From the NCBI GenBank assembly GCA_036745755.1, contig DAIOFM010000003.1:42562-106561 (forward strand): DNA of 64,000 nucleotides, in the 5' to 3' direction. The stretch is from Spirochaetota bacterium. Its GTDB lineage: Bacteria; Spirochaetota; UBA4802; UBA5550. A model generated the notes under the pieces. That model did no database searches, was not told the origin of the DNA, and was given only the letters and a program-made list of their open reading frames with translations. This document shows, one piece after another, positions 17,685-27,734 of the stretch (position 1 is its first letter; each line of letters starts with the position of its first letter). The translations under genes were made by a program, and so were the position numbers.

Positions 17685-19841
17685 ATGAATAATAACTTTA
17701 CACCATACCTGATTCCGCCGCTGCTATCATTGATAACAGGTTATATTCTCGCAGCAGTTTCCATTACCAGGAAAAAGCTCAGCGAAGAAAATATAATGCT
17801 TTCAATGATCTGCATCTGGTGGACTCTTCTGTCATGGGCATTTATCTGGCATAATATCGAAACAGATACCCTGGTATTAATGAGTGTTGAAAGGATTGTT
17901 CACACTTTTTATGTCTTTACTCCCGCGGTCACACTCCTCTTTTTTCAGACGATTACAGGACTGAAAAACCGCATTATATTATTATTAACATTTTTAATAT
18001 GCACCGTGATATCCGCGTATGTTCATACAGACCTCTATTTCTACGGATTCAGACATTATCCATGGGGAATGATAGCGACACCGGGTCCTGCTTTTTATCT
18101 CTTTGCAGCATACGGCAATCTCCTGACTTTTTACATAATATATCTTATAATCAAAAAACTTAAAACTGAAAAAAACAGGCTCGTAAGGCTGAAAATAAAC
18201 TACCTCATGATCTCCTACCTTCTCTCTCTCCTCCTCTCAATGACAAATATACCGGCCATGAACGGAATAAATTTTTACCCGTTGAGCAACTTTATATTCA
18301 TCCCCCTGGGCATCATGACATACGGGATTGTAAAATACCGGCTTATTAACATCAGTATCGCCCTGCAGTATTCAATATTCTGGGCCATACTTTCATCAGT
18401 AGTCGCTATACCTAACATCTTCATCTTCATACATATTCAAAAATTTTTCCCCCGCCTGAACGCGTTTATACTGATGCTGATTTTTATAATCTGGTTTGCC
18501 GCAAACTATTTCTATTTTAACAGGATTCAGCCTGTTATAAACAGAATGCTTAATAGAAAACATTTTAACCTTAAAGAGACAGAAAAAAATTTCATGAGAG
18601 ATATAGGCCTCCTGAAAAATCTTGAAAACCTTATCCGCGAAGTAACACAGATTCTGAAAAAAAACCTGGAACTCAGTCATGCCAGACTTTTCCTCAGGGG
18701 AACAAACAGGAATTTTTTCAGAAATGAAGAAAGCGATAATATCAGGATAAATGATGCCACCCTGGAATTCCTTGCCGGTTTCCAGGAGATATATATTCAG
18801 AAAAGTATTCTTGAAACAGAAATCAATCCGGATTTCTCATCAGCAGAAATATTATCTCTTCTCAACGATCACGGCAGTGAATACCTCATACCTCTTGTTA
18901 ACCAGAAAGAACTGATTGCGCTTATATTCCTTTCCGAAAAAACAGACAGCAGGCAATTCAGCGGAGGCGAAATACGCTTTATAAAAAACATCAGCGCCTA
19001 CGCGGGAATATCACTGGCGAACTCTGTAATGTTTCAGACCCTGACAGAGATAAAGGATCACCTGGAATTTATGGTTGAAGAGAGAACAGCCCTTATTGAG
19101 CAACAGAAATCCGAGCTGGAAAGTGACGTGCAGCTCGCGCGTAAAATACAGATGTCTCTGCTGCCAAAAAATATCCCCTCTATAAAAAAAGCACGTGTAG
19201 CCTACAGATATCAACCGGTAATGGGTGTAGGGGGGGATTTTATTGACGTGCATTACAGGGAAGGGATGGACGACATGGGACTTTTTATATGCGATGTTTC
19301 AGGTCACGGCGCCTCCTCCGCCATGATAGCATCCATGGTAAAGATGTCACTTAACTCATGGGGAAAGTACATCCAGAAACCGGGTGAAGCCTTTGCTGAA
19401 ATGAAAAGACTTTTATCCGGAAAGATAGGGGATAACTTTCTCTCAGCCTTCATGTGCAGTATAGACCTTAATACAGGGATAGTTACCTCTGCATGCGCGG
19501 GACATCCGCCTATGATCATTCTCAGAAAAAACGGCGATACGGAATTAATAAAACCGAAGGGTAAAATTATTTTAGACATTGCCGAGTCGGAATACGAAGA
19601 GAACAAAAACAGGCTGAATACCGGCGATATGGTTATACTTTATACTGATGGAGTTCTGGAGGCAAGGCTCTCTTCAGGAGAAATGCTTGGAGATGACCGG
19701 TTTATAGAGATGCTTAAAAAATATACAGGGCTTTCCCCCTACGCACTCTGCAGCAGCATATACGATGAAATATTCAATAAAAGCTATGAAACAGTAATCG
19801 AGGACGACTTCGCGCTGCTGGTTGCGGAGTATACCGGCTGA
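17685..19841 (+). CDS. membrane sensor (7TM-type) - PP2C/SpoIIE serine phosphatase
   Basis: The N-terminal ~290 aa are polytopic, followed by a central GAF-like region. The C-terminal SpoIIE/PP2C blocks are 'ARKIQMSLLP', 'GGDFIDV', 'FICDVSGHGASSAM', 'ILYTDGVLEA'. Confidence 0.85.
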   Translation: MNNNFTPYLIPPLLSLITGYILAAVSITRKKLSEENIMLSMICIWWTLLSWAFIWHNIETDTLVLMSVERIVHTFYVFTPAVTLLFFQTITGLKNRIILLLTFLICTVISAYVHTDLYFYGFRHYPWGMIATPGPAFYLFAAYGNLLTFYIIYLIIKKLKTEKNRLVRLKINYLMISYLLSLLLSMTNIPAMNGINFYPLSNFIFIPLGIMTYGIVKYRLINISIALQYSIFWAILSSVVAIPNIFIFIHIQKFFPRLNAFILMLIFIIWFAANYFYFNRIQPVINRMLNRKHFNLKETEKNFMRDIGLLKNLENLIREVTQILKKNLELSHARLFLRGTNRNFFRNEESDNIRINDATLEFLAGFQEIYIQKSILETEINPDFSSAEILSLLNDHGSEYLIPLVNQKELIALIFLSEKTDSRQFSGGEIRFIKNISAYAGISLANSVMFQTLTEIKDHLEFMVEERTALIEQQKSELESDVQLARKIQMSLLPKNIPSIKKARVAYRYQPVMGVGGDFIDVHYREGMDDMGLFICDVSGHGASSAMIASMVKMSLNSWGKYIQKPGEAFAEMKRLLSGKIGDNFLSAFMCSIDLNTGIVTSACAGHPPMIILRKNGDTELIKPKGKIILDIAESEYEENKNRLNTGDMVILYTDGVLEARLSSGEMLGDDRFIEMLKKYTGLSPYALCSSIYDEIFNKSYETVIEDDFALLVAEYTG

Positions 19842-19867
19842 GTTACGGCTCTCTTTTACATTTCATT

Positions 19868-20569
19868 TCACCCGGTAATACAATCAATCACGCTTTTAAT
19901 ATGAATTGCAGTTGTGTTAAGAAAGGGTATCCCTGTTGAATCGCTCTCCTTTTTTTTAAGAATAAGAGGGAGCTCCGTACATCCCAGTATAACTGAATCG
20001 ATCCTCTCCGCTGAAATCATCCCGCTGATTATATCCATAAGTTTCTTTCTTGAATTATCCGTCACTTTGCCGAAAACCAGCTCACCGAAAATTATTTCAT
20101 GGACCGTCTCCTGAGACCCGGGGTCCGGAACCGCAACAGAAATATCCATCTCTTCAAAAACCGAATCATAAAATCCGCTTTTCATCGTAAAAGTTGTGCC
20201 AAGAAGTCCGCATCTTTTAAGGCCGCGCCTGGAGGCCTCAGCACCGGTTTCACGTACAATACTGATCATCGGTATCGGGGATTCTTTCTCAATTTCATTA
20301 AAGGCAATATGCGGAGTATTGGATGACATCAGTGCGAAATCAGCGCCGCCATCCTTAAGGGAATTGACCGCCGAAGATATATAATCAACAAGACCCGGAC
20401 GATCTCCTTCCTGGATAAAACTGATCATCTTTGTCATGTCAATACTGTGGACAATTATCTCGGGATAACTTCCGTCTGTAATTATCTCCCTGTAGCCATT
20501 AATAATCCCTTTATAATAATCAACAGTTGCCTCAGGGCTTATACCCCCGATAATCCCGCACTTTTTCAT
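19868..20569 (-). CDS. aspartate/glutamate racemase family protein (aspartate racemase-like)
   Basis: 'GIIGGISPEATVDYY' and 'ILGCTELPLIL' carry the two catalytic Cys/Thr-containing motifs of Asp/Glu racemases. Confidence 0.85.
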   Translation of the reverse strand: MKKCGIIGGISPEATVDYYKGIINGYREIITDGSYPEIIVHSIDMTKMISFIQEGDRPGLVDYISSAVNSLKDGGADFALMSSNTPHIAFNEIEKESPIPMISIVRETGAEASRRGLKRCGLLGTTFTMKSGFYDSVFEEMDISVAVPDPGSQETVHEIIFGELVFGKVTDNSRKKLMDIISGMISAERIDSVILGCTELPLILKKKESDSTGIPFLNTTAIHIKSVIDCITG

Positions 20570-20632
20570 TTTGCTTATCCTTTCATTAATAATACTTTCT
20601 CTTTATAAAAATAAATAATATTGAAAAAACAA

Positions 20633-20700
20633 AACACAGATGAACACAGATTTTAAAACAGCTTACCGTTTAAGAGGCACTATCCGTGTCTATCTGTGTT
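20633..20700 (-). terminator. long-loop hairpin built from CACAGAT-type repeats (possible ppiB terminator)
   Basis: AACACAGATGAACAC (20633-20647) pairs with GTGTCTATCTGTGTT (20686-20700): 15 bp with 1 mismatch and 1 G-T pair, and a 38-nt loop. On the minus strand the stem is followed by TTGTTTTTTC. It lies downstream of the ppiB stop (20765). Confidence 0.4.
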
Positions 20701-20764
20701 AAATTATTTATTCTTAATCCCCTGTGCTTTTACGCTTTAACGTTTTTCGAAAGCACTGTTTAAA

Positions 20765-21268
20765 TTACCCCAGAGCCTTGTTCCACTCCGCGATCCTGTC
20801 TGCAAGCCCTGTAAGGAGAGCGTCCGCGTCACCATCGATTGTTATAGTTTCAATTGTATCGTTCTGCCTGATACTGTTAACAATCTCCTGATCACTCTCA
20901 TCCACTACAGCGCCGAATACCGTATGTTTTCCGTCAAGCCACGGAGTAGGTACATGTGTTATAAAAAACTGGCTGCCGTTTGTATTCGGCCCGGCGTTTG
21001 CCATTGAAAGCTTGCCCGGTTTATCATGCTTCAGCTCAGGGGTGCATTCATCTTCAAATCTATAGCCGGGGCCGCCTGTACCGTTGCCTGTGGGACATCC
21101 GCCCTGAATCATAAAATCAGCTATTACCCTGTGAAATTTCAACCCGTCATAAAAGCCTTTCTTTGCAAGGTTAACAAAATTCGCCACTGTTACCGGCGCT
21201 TTATCATCAAAAAGATTAAGTTTTATTTCTCCCTTTGATGTTTTAATTGTTGCTGTAAGATTGCCCAT
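20765..21268 (-). CDS. ppiB: peptidyl-prolyl cis-trans isomerase, cyclophilin type
   Basis: Cyclophilin blocks '[15 protein letters not shown]' and '[20 protein letters not shown]'. 167 aa. Confidence 0.9.
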   Translation of the reverse strand: MGNLTATIKTSKGEIKLNLFDDKAPVTVANFVNLAKKGFYDGLKFHRVIADFMIQGGCPTGNGTGGPGYRFEDECTPELKHDKPGKLSMANAGPNTNGSQFFITHVPTPWLDGKHTVFGAVVDESDQEIVNSIRQNDTIETITIDGDADALLTGLADRIAEWNKALG

Positions 21269-21508
21269 TTTTTACATCCTGATTTAAAAAATTTTTAAAT
21301 TTCCCGGATATCCCCATCCTGAAAATTCTCTGCCAACTATTACCGGTAAATATATTACTGTCAAGAAATGTATAACACCCGCAGGGCGCTCTTTAATAAC
21401 TAAAACCGGACAACACAGAAGACTGATTATAAAAATAATAAAAAAAACAGATTTTTATTCAACCAGGAACATCTTTTTTGTTCAAATATCAAGTAAGGAG
21501 GTAATGTT

Positions 21509-21955
21509 ATGTTTAATCCCACAAATATACTCGTTACAACTGACTTCAGCATGGAATCTGATAAAGCCTTATCAGCAGCTGCTGATATTGCCAAAAAATA
21601 TCATTCCAGGATTGAACTGCTTTATATCCTTGATGATATCCAGGATTGCATGGAGGGCTACTGCATACCAGAAAAAGACCTTATTGCTGCAAAAAAAGAA
21701 CTGATGAAAACCGCCCGCAAAAAAATGGACGAGCAGATCAGCAAGGTTTCCATTTCAAAGGATATCCCTGTGGAAGAAAATGTAAGGTTCGGTTTTCATT
21801 TTGACCAGATAATCAGGGAAATTGATGATAAAAAAATAGATCTTCTTGTAACAGCCCCTCATGAACATCATAAAGGATGGCATCTGCTTTACCCCCATCT
21901 CACTGATGAGCTGGCAAGAAAATCAAAATGCGAAACCCTGCTTATAAGGCACTAA
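21509..21955 (+). CDS. universal stress protein (UspA family)
   Basis: AAGGAGG RBS (21494-21500). 148 aa. N-terminal 'ILVTTDFS' and C-terminal 'DLLVTAPHEH...LARKSKCETLLI' fit the Usp fold. The ATP-binding G-2x-G-9x-G(S/T) motif is not obvious. Confidence 0.75.
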   Translation: MFNPTNILVTTDFSMESDKALSAAADIAKKYHSRIELLYILDDIQDCMEGYCIPEKDLIAAKKELMKTARKKMDEQISKVSISKDIPVEENVRFGFHFDQIIREIDDKKIDLLVTAPHEHHKGWHLLYPHLTDELARKSKCETLLIRH

Positions 21956-22156
21956 AAACAGCAGCGTATTCCGTCTTTGAGCAGAAAATACTCACTTAAA
22001 AAGGAAGATATTTTCCTATGTATCGGGATGAAAAATTTTTGACTAAAATTATTACAAATACTTACAAATTTTTACTCTGAAAAATTAAGAGAGTTGATTT
22101 TTACCATCGGCTTTTTTAATATTAAATAAGATCAGTATCTATTCCTAAAATCATAT

Positions 22157-22179
22157 CAGGATAAAATAATATTATCCTG
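22157..22179. promoter_or_regulatory. palindrome CAGGATAA-N7-TTATCCTG upstream of tupA (candidate operator)
   Basis: Perfect 8-bp arms at 22157-22164 and 22172-22179, 111 nt upstream of the tupA ATG. Function inferred only. Confidence 0.3.
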
Positions 22180-22289
22180 CTTTAGAAAAGAGGATCATAT
22201 TATTCATATTTCTGCACTGAAAATGATGATAAGGAATTATTACTGTAATAAAATATATAAATATTTCTTAAAATAGTGAGAGGTACTTA

Positions 22290-23141
22290 ATGAAAAAATT
22301 TCGATTACCAATTTTTTTATCTTTAACAATCCTTTTTCTTATCTCTAGCTCATTTGTCTCATGTACAAAAAAGGAAGCTGAGAGCGGCAAATCTCTCATG
22401 ATGTCCACAACAACAAGCACAGACAATACCGGCCTCCTCGATGTCCTTGCTCCTGAATTTAAAAAGGACACCGGAATTGAACTGAAATGGACAGCAGTGG
22501 GAACAGGAAAAGCCCTTGAAATGGGTAAAAACTGTGACGTTGATGTTCTCCTTGTACACGCACCTGCTTCAGAAAAAAAATTCGTTGATGACGGATACGG
22601 TGTCAACAGGACTGAACTTATGTATAATGACTTCGTAATCATAGGCCCTAAAAGTGACCCCGCGAAGATAAAAGGGCAGAGTGTAAGCAAGGCAATGCAG
22701 ACCATAAGCAAAAAGAAGGCCAGGTTCGCAAGCCGCGGAGATAATTCGGGAACTCATAAAAAAGAACTCACTCTGTGGAAAGACTCCAAAGTGGCCGTGC
22801 CTGAAAAAGAGGAATGGTATATTCAGACAGGACAGGGTATGCTGCAGACAATTAATATTGCGGCTGAAAGAGATGCATACACCATGACTGACAGGGGGAC
22901 CTATATTAAATACGAAGCAAACCATAAAGGAAATCCTCCCCTGGTTATAGTTGTTGAAAACGATAAATCTCTTTTCAACCAGTACAGTGCAATTGAAGTA
23001 AACCCGGCTAAATGCGCACAGGCTAAAAACGAATTTGCAAAACAGTTTATCAGCTGGATGGCTTCAGATAAAGGACAGAAGATGATAGGGGATTTTAAAC
23101 TTATGGACAAACCCCTTTTTACACCAAACGCAAAAAAATAA
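22290..23141 (+). CDS. tupA: tungstate ABC transporter substrate-binding protein (TupA type)
   Basis: Signal/lipoprotein-like N-terminus ('SSSFVSC'). TupA-typical blocks 'TTTSTDNTGLLDVL', 'AVGTGKALEMGKNCDVDVLLVHAP', 'MYNDFVIIGPKSDPA'. Confidence 0.8.
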   Translation: MKKFRLPIFLSLTILFLISSSFVSCTKKEAESGKSLMMSTTTSTDNTGLLDVLAPEFKKDTGIELKWTAVGTGKALEMGKNCDVDVLLVHAPASEKKFVDDGYGVNRTELMYNDFVIIGPKSDPAKIKGQSVSKAMQTISKKKARFASRGDNSGTHKKELTLWKDSKVAVPEKEEWYIQTGQGMLQTINIAAERDAYTMTDRGTYIKYEANHKGNPPLVIVVENDKSLFNQYSAIEVNPAKCAQAKNEFAKQFISWMASDKGQKMIGDFKLMDKPLFTPNAKK

Positions 23142-23233
23142 TTTACACACCGGTTGTTTATTTACCATATTAAACTTCTGAGTCTTCAAAACAGACTCAG
23201 AAGTTTAAGAACTACCCGGACAATAAGCATAAA

Positions 23234-23923
23234 ATGGAATATCTTGCACAGGGATTTATCAGCGCATTTAAACTGCTCATCTCGGGTGACGAGCAGACTT
23301 ACAGTGCTGTTTTCACAACAGTGAAAGCCTCATCCCTGTCAATCTGCATAAGCCTTATCATAGGTCTTCCTCTCGGTTTTATACTGGGCTATTACGATTT
23401 CCCCTGTAAAAAACAGATAAGAGCTGTAGTTGATACGCTCCTTGCTCTTCCTACAGTTGTCGTCGGTCTCTTAGTGTATGCCTTTGTGACTAAAAAAGGC
23501 CCCCTTGGAGATTACAACCTGCTTTTTGAAATTTCAGGAATAGTGGCCGGGCAGGTTATACTTATCCTTCCAATAGTGGTGTCACTCAGCGCCACTGCAA
23601 TTGAAAGTCTGGATGAAAGGCTTAAAAACACTCTTATCACCCTGGGCGCCACGGGAAACAAAATTATTCTGAGCAGTCTCTTTGAAGCGCGTTTCGCCAT
23701 AATGGCAGCAGCGGTGAACGCCTACAGCAGGGCCATTGCAGAGGTCGGAGTATCCATGATGATCGGTGGCAACATAAAGTGGCACACAAGGACAATAACA
23801 ACAGCTATAGCCCTTGAAACCGGCAAAGGACAGTTCGCCATGGGTATAGCCCTGGGGATAGTGCTGCTGTGTATAGGCTTCTTTGTAAACTGGGTACTTA
23901 TTTTCTTCAGGAAGAGGGCATAG
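23234..23923 (+). CDS. tupB: tungstate ABC transporter permease (TupB type)
   Basis: 229-aa, 5-6 TM BPD-transporter-type permease placed between tupA and the ATPase gene. Confidence 0.8.
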   Translation: MEYLAQGFISAFKLLISGDEQTYSAVFTTVKASSLSICISLIIGLPLGFILGYYDFPCKKQIRAVVDTLLALPTVVVGLLVYAFVTKKGPLGDYNLLFEISGIVAGQVILILPIVVSLSATAIESLDERLKNTLITLGATGNKIILSSLFEARFAIMAAAVNAYSRAIAEVGVSMMIGGNIKWHTRTITTAIALETGKGQFAMGIALGIVLLCIGFFVNWVLIFFRKRA

Positions 23924-23925
23924 GC

Positions 23926-24930
23926 ATGAATAAAACTCCTCTTTATGAACTGAAGGATATAAAACACACATACAACCGGTTTATGCTCCGCATACCTGAA
24001 CTTATAATAGAAAGGGGAGACTCAATCGGCCTGGCCGGCCCGAACGGGAGCGGCAAGAGTACACTGATGCGCCTTCTGGCACTGCTGGAAGAACCGGCCC
24101 ACGGCTCTGTTGCCTTTCACCCTTCCGGCGAAAGAAAAACATCTGTTACTATGCTGCAGCAGGATCCCTACCTGCTTAAACGCTCAGTTTATGATAACGT
24201 ATCTTACGGACTTAAGATAAGAAAAGACAGAAGGAGTCTTAGAGAGAGAGTTGCCGAATCCCTTGATCTTGTGAACCTTGACCCGGCAAAATTTATGCAT
24301 AGAAGCTGGTATGAGCTCTCCGGGGGGGAGGCACAGAGAGTTGCACTTGCATCGAGAATTATACTTAAACCTGACGCCCTCCTGCTTGATGAACCGGTGG
24401 CCAACGTGGACACGGAAAGTTCATACGCAATAAGTGAAGCTGTAAAAAAAATGAGGGAGATGCATTCAACCACTCTTATCATTTCCAGCCATGACATATC
24501 ATGGCTGAACAATATAACTGACAAAGTATTAAAGCTGCACAATGGCAGAATAACCGGTGCGGGGAACATCAACATTCTCCCGGGGCCATGGATTAAAGGT
24601 GAAAAAGGCCTCTGGCAGTATACTCTTCCGGAGGGGTATTCCGTATACGCAACAGAACCTCCTGAACCCGATTCAATCGGCATACTGCACCCTCATGAGA
24701 TAATAATCTCAGACAGGAAAGTTAAGAACATATCAGCGGTAAACAAAGTTCCTGCGACCGTAAAATTAATGGTTAAGGAGGAGAAGACAGGGAGTATACG
24801 TGTTGAAGCCGATGCTTCAGGGAGGATTATAAATATTGAGATTACAGAGGAAAGTGCAAAAAAAATGCAGATAATTCCCGGTAAAAAAATCTTCCTTATC
24901 TTCAAGGCAACATCAGTTATCTGGCACTGA
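23926..24930 (+). CDS. tupC: tungstate ABC transporter ATP-binding protein with C-terminal TOBE/Mop-like domain (TupC type)
   Basis: I place the start at ATG 23926 (MNKTPLY...), 2 nt after the tupB stop; the track start 23869 overlaps tupB. Walker A 'GPNGSGKST', signature 'LSGGEAQR', Walker B 'LLLDEP'. The C-terminal ~70 aa ('VPATVKLMVKEEKTGSIRVEA...IFLIFKATSV') resemble a TOBE domain. Confidence 0.8.
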   Translation: MNKTPLYELKDIKHTYNRFMLRIPELIIERGDSIGLAGPNGSGKSTLMRLLALLEEPAHGSVAFHPSGERKTSVTMLQQDPYLLKRSVYDNVSYGLKIRKDRRSLRERVAESLDLVNLDPAKFMHRSWYELSGGEAQRVALASRIILKPDALLLDEPVANVDTESSYAISEAVKKMREMHSTTLIISSHDISWLNNITDKVLKLHNGRITGAGNINILPGPWIKGEKGLWQYTLPEGYSVYATEPPEPDSIGILHPHEIIISDRKVKNISAVNKVPATVKLMVKEEKTGSIRVEADASGRIINIEITEESAKKMQIIPGKKIFLIFKATSVIWH

Positions 24931-25779
24931 GATACCATCGGCATCCAGCCCGAGAAGGAGAGCCGCATTACCACCTGCTATCATCCTGAAAGCCTCCTCC
25001 GAGCCTGAATTTATCCTTATATCATCAATATACCTTTTTACTCCAAGCAGGGGATAATCACTGCCGAAAAGTATCTTTTCGGGAGGGATAATAGCAAGGG
25101 AGGAACTGTAAACAGTACTGCTGTAAATATAGGGCGTGGCAGCCGTGTCATACCAGACATTACTCAGGGCCTCTCTCACCTCCGGCATAAGCTCATAAAA
25201 AACCATACCCCCTCCCCAGTGGGAGAGTATTATACGGCACTCCCTGAACCGGGAAATAAGCCTGTAAAACGCCGCAAGATCCGGCTCATATTTCCCTGGG
25301 TACATGTGCCCCACCGGCTCGTTTAAATGTATGCATACAGGAAGGGAGAACTCTGTTGCAGACTCAAAGACCTCCTGCAAAAACCTTTCACCATCTCTGT
25401 CCAGGCCTGTATCGTAAAAGGCAATCTCCCCTATACCGTAAAGCCCGGAACTTTTTATCTCCCCCGCAACTTTCCGCACAGACCCGATGTCACCGCGCGG
25501 CACCATGCCGAAAGGAAAAATTTTTCCCTTCCCGTCCTTCAGTGAATCGCACATATATTCATTATGCATTCTACAGAGGCTTTCATCAGACCATGGAAAA
25601 CTCATGGCCACAGCGCCGCGCAGACTGTTCTCATCAATATAATCAATCAGTACTCCCGCATCGGCAAGCCTGCTCTTCTCTGAAGAATAGAGGATGCTGA
25701 ATGAAGGATCATTTAAAAAATCCCCCCTGTTTTTAATAATCCTGTCCGGAAAAATATGCGTATGAAAATCAATTATCAC
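24913..25779 (-). CDS. metal-dependent amidohydrolase (TIM-barrel, Amidohydro_2-like)
   Basis: N-terminal 'IIDFHTHIFPD' metal-binding HxH motif. 288 aa. Same family as 42206-43018. The 3' end overlaps tupC by 18 nt. Confidence 0.75.
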   Translation of the reverse strand: MIIDFHTHIFPDRIIKNRGDFLNDPSFSILYSSEKSRLADAGVLIDYIDENSLRGAVAMSFPWSDESLCRMHNEYMCDSLKDGKGKIFPFGMVPRGDIGSVRKVAGEIKSSGLYGIGEIAFYDTGLDRDGERFLQEVFESATEFSLPVCIHLNEPVGHMYPGKYEPDLAAFYRLISRFRECRIILSHWGGGMVFYELMPEVREALSNVWYDTAATPYIYSSTVYSSSLAIIPPEKILFGSDYPLLGVKRYIDDIRINSGSEEAFRMIAGGNAALLLGLDADGISVPDN

Positions 25780-25805
25780 AAAATACCTGCCGTTTGTTTC
25801 AAACT

Positions 25806-27734
25806 TCAGCTGTCGGATCCCCGTTTATCCTCTTTAGCCTTCAGCATATTGCTTATTGTTATAAGAAGCCTCTCCCTGTCAACAGGCTTACCGATAAAAT
25901 TATTCATTCCCGCCTCCCTGCACATGGTTATATGATCTCTGTACGCATGGGCGGAGAGGGCGACAATAACTGTATCTTTATTGGGATTGTCAGTGTTACG
26001 GATCATCCTTGTAAGCATAAGGCCGTCAAGGTCAGGCATGCTCAGATCCATCAGTATAATATCAAACAGCTCAGTATCCGCCTTTTTAAGCGCGTCAATT
26101 CCGTTGGGAGCCTCCTCAACAACCGCCCCGGCATTTTTAAGCACTGAAGCAAAATAAAACCTGTTTACAATATTATCTTCAACAAGCAGCATCTTTTTAC
26201 CCGGAAGCAGGCCGATATTCCCTGTCTCTTCAAAATCAGACTCGAAAGCGTCATCTGCCGTTTTATCCACGGGAAGTATAACAGTAAAACTGGAGCCCTC
26301 CCCCGGTTTGCTTTTTACTGATATTGTCCCGCCCATAATAGATACAATCTGGCTTATTATAGAAAGCCCCAGGCCAAGCCCCGTCTGGCTTTTGACATAA
26401 TCAGTGTCCTCCCTTGAAAACGGAATAAATATAGATTCAATTTTTTCAGGCTCGATCCCTATCCCTGTGTCACGCACTTCAATGGTAAGTTTATCGCCTG
26501 AATCAATAACCAGATCAACCTCCCCTCTCCTGGTATACTTTACAGCATTCATTATAAGGTTTATTATTATCTGGAACAGCCTGGTTTCATCACTTGCAAC
26601 AATCGCGCCCTCCGGACACAGACTTGCTTTAAATTCAAGCCCCTTATCCCGGATACTGTCACCTATACTTGCTGTAATCTGCGATATAAGATCCCTGAGA
26701 TTCACCGGCCCCTTTTTAATTGATATCTGGTTGTTTTCAATAAGTGTAAAATCGAGTAAATCCTGTATGATGAATGACAGGCTTTCACCGGACCTCTTTA
26801 TCATCCTTATCATACCGGCATCTTCATCCGTAATACCCTTTGAAAGCATCAGGCCGGATATGCCTATTATCCCGTTCAGCGGTGTTCTCAGCTCATGGCT
26901 CAGGTTGGCAAGAAAACGGTTCTTTGCGCTGTTCGCGTCCTCCGCCGCTTTTTTTGCCCTCTCCAGTTCTTCGTTTCTTTGAGTAAGGATGTTCTTTATC
27001 TCTTCAAGTTCCGCATTACGGGCATTGAGTTTAGCACTCTCTTCAGCCAGTTTTTCTGTTCTCTCCTCCACTTTCATCTCCAGCGACCGGCTCAGCTGCC
27101 GGTTTAACTTCAATTCATTCTGTGTAATATTGAGAGCCCTGTTTGTTATGGACATGTTGAAATAGGCCACTGAAGAAATGATCACAAGAGAGATCAGGTT
27201 GTTCAGGGTACCGGCTATGAGATTGTATTTTGTCGCCGGGATAGTATATGCTGCGGCATAAATATGAAGAGACAAAGTCAGCAGAAAAAATATCAGGCAT
27301 GTCAGAATAATCATTTTCCTGGTACCGAACATCGCCGCAACCGCAATAACCGCAAACATCAGTGGGGCAAAATTGTTCAGACCTGCCTCAATCTGAATAC
27401 TTACCCGGAAAAGGTTTCCCGCCACAGTAAGCAGAATGCTGAAAATAATATCAGTATTGGCTGCTGTAAAAAACATACCTTTGCTAATCAGTACAGTACC
27501 GGCTAAAAGTATGAAGATGAAAATAATATCAATGACAATTATAGCTGCCAGGTTGTGTGAAAATGTAAGATAGAGCCTGTAAAAATTGATAAACAGGTAC
27601 AAAATCATTACCGGAAGCATTATAAGGTGGATATTCAGCAGAACATAGGCTTTCTGCTGAATAACGAATGAGGCATTTATATATGCTGAAAGAAATTTTT
27701 TTCTTATAAAACCTTCTTTTATAGCCTTTTGCAT
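25806..27734 (-). CDS. hybrid sensor histidine kinase (polytopic N-terminus, HisKA, HATPase_c, REC)
   Basis: H-box '[12 protein letters not shown]'. N/G boxes '[12 protein letters not shown]', 'VRDTGIGI', 'GLGLGLSI'. C-terminal receiver 'LLVEDNIVN...[12 protein letters not shown]'. The N-terminal ~190 aa are multi-TM. Confidence 0.9.
   Translation of the reverse strand: MQKAIKEGFIRKKFLSAYINASFVIQQKAYVLLNIHLIMLPVMILYLFINFYRLYLTFSHNLAAIIVIDIIFIFILLAGTVLISKGMFFTAANTDIIFSILLTVAGNLFRVSIQIEAGLNNFAPLMFAVIAVAAMFGTRKMIILTCLIFFLLTLSLHIYAAAYTIPATKYNLIAGTLNNLISLVIISSVAYFNMSITNRALNITQNELKLNRQLSRSLEMKVEERTEKLAEESAKLNARNAELEEIKNILTQRNEELERAKKAAEDANSAKNRFLANLSHELRTPLNGIIGISGLMLSKGITDEDAGMIRMIKRSGESLSFIIQDLLDFTLIENNQISIKKGPVNLRDLISQITASIGDSIRDKGLEFKASLCPEGAIVASDETRLFQIIINLIMNAVKYTRRGEVDLVIDSGDKLTIEVRDTGIGIEPEKIESIFIPFSREDTDYVKSQTGLGLGLSIISQIVSIMGGTISVKSKPGEGSSFTVILPVDKTADDAFESDFEETGNIGLLPGKKMLLVEDNIVNRFYFASVLKNAGAVVEEAPNGIDALKKADTELFDIILMDLSMPDLDGLMLTRMIRNTDNPNKDTVIVALSAHAYRDHITMCREAGMNNFIGKPVDRERLLITISNMLKAKEDKRGSDS

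Noticed and set aside
21956-22289. Possible molybdenum/tungsten cofactor (Moco/Tuco) riboswitch upstream of tupA
   Set aside because: The leader is very AT-rich, and I could not find the conserved GC-rich Moco core segments by eye. It is reported only as a palindrome-containing leader; an Infernal scan is still needed.
23869-23925. Upstream extension of tupC (track start 23869)
   Set aside because: It overlaps the last 55 nt of tupB in another frame. The ATG at 23926 lies 2 nt after the tupB stop and begins the conserved ABC ATPase N-terminus.
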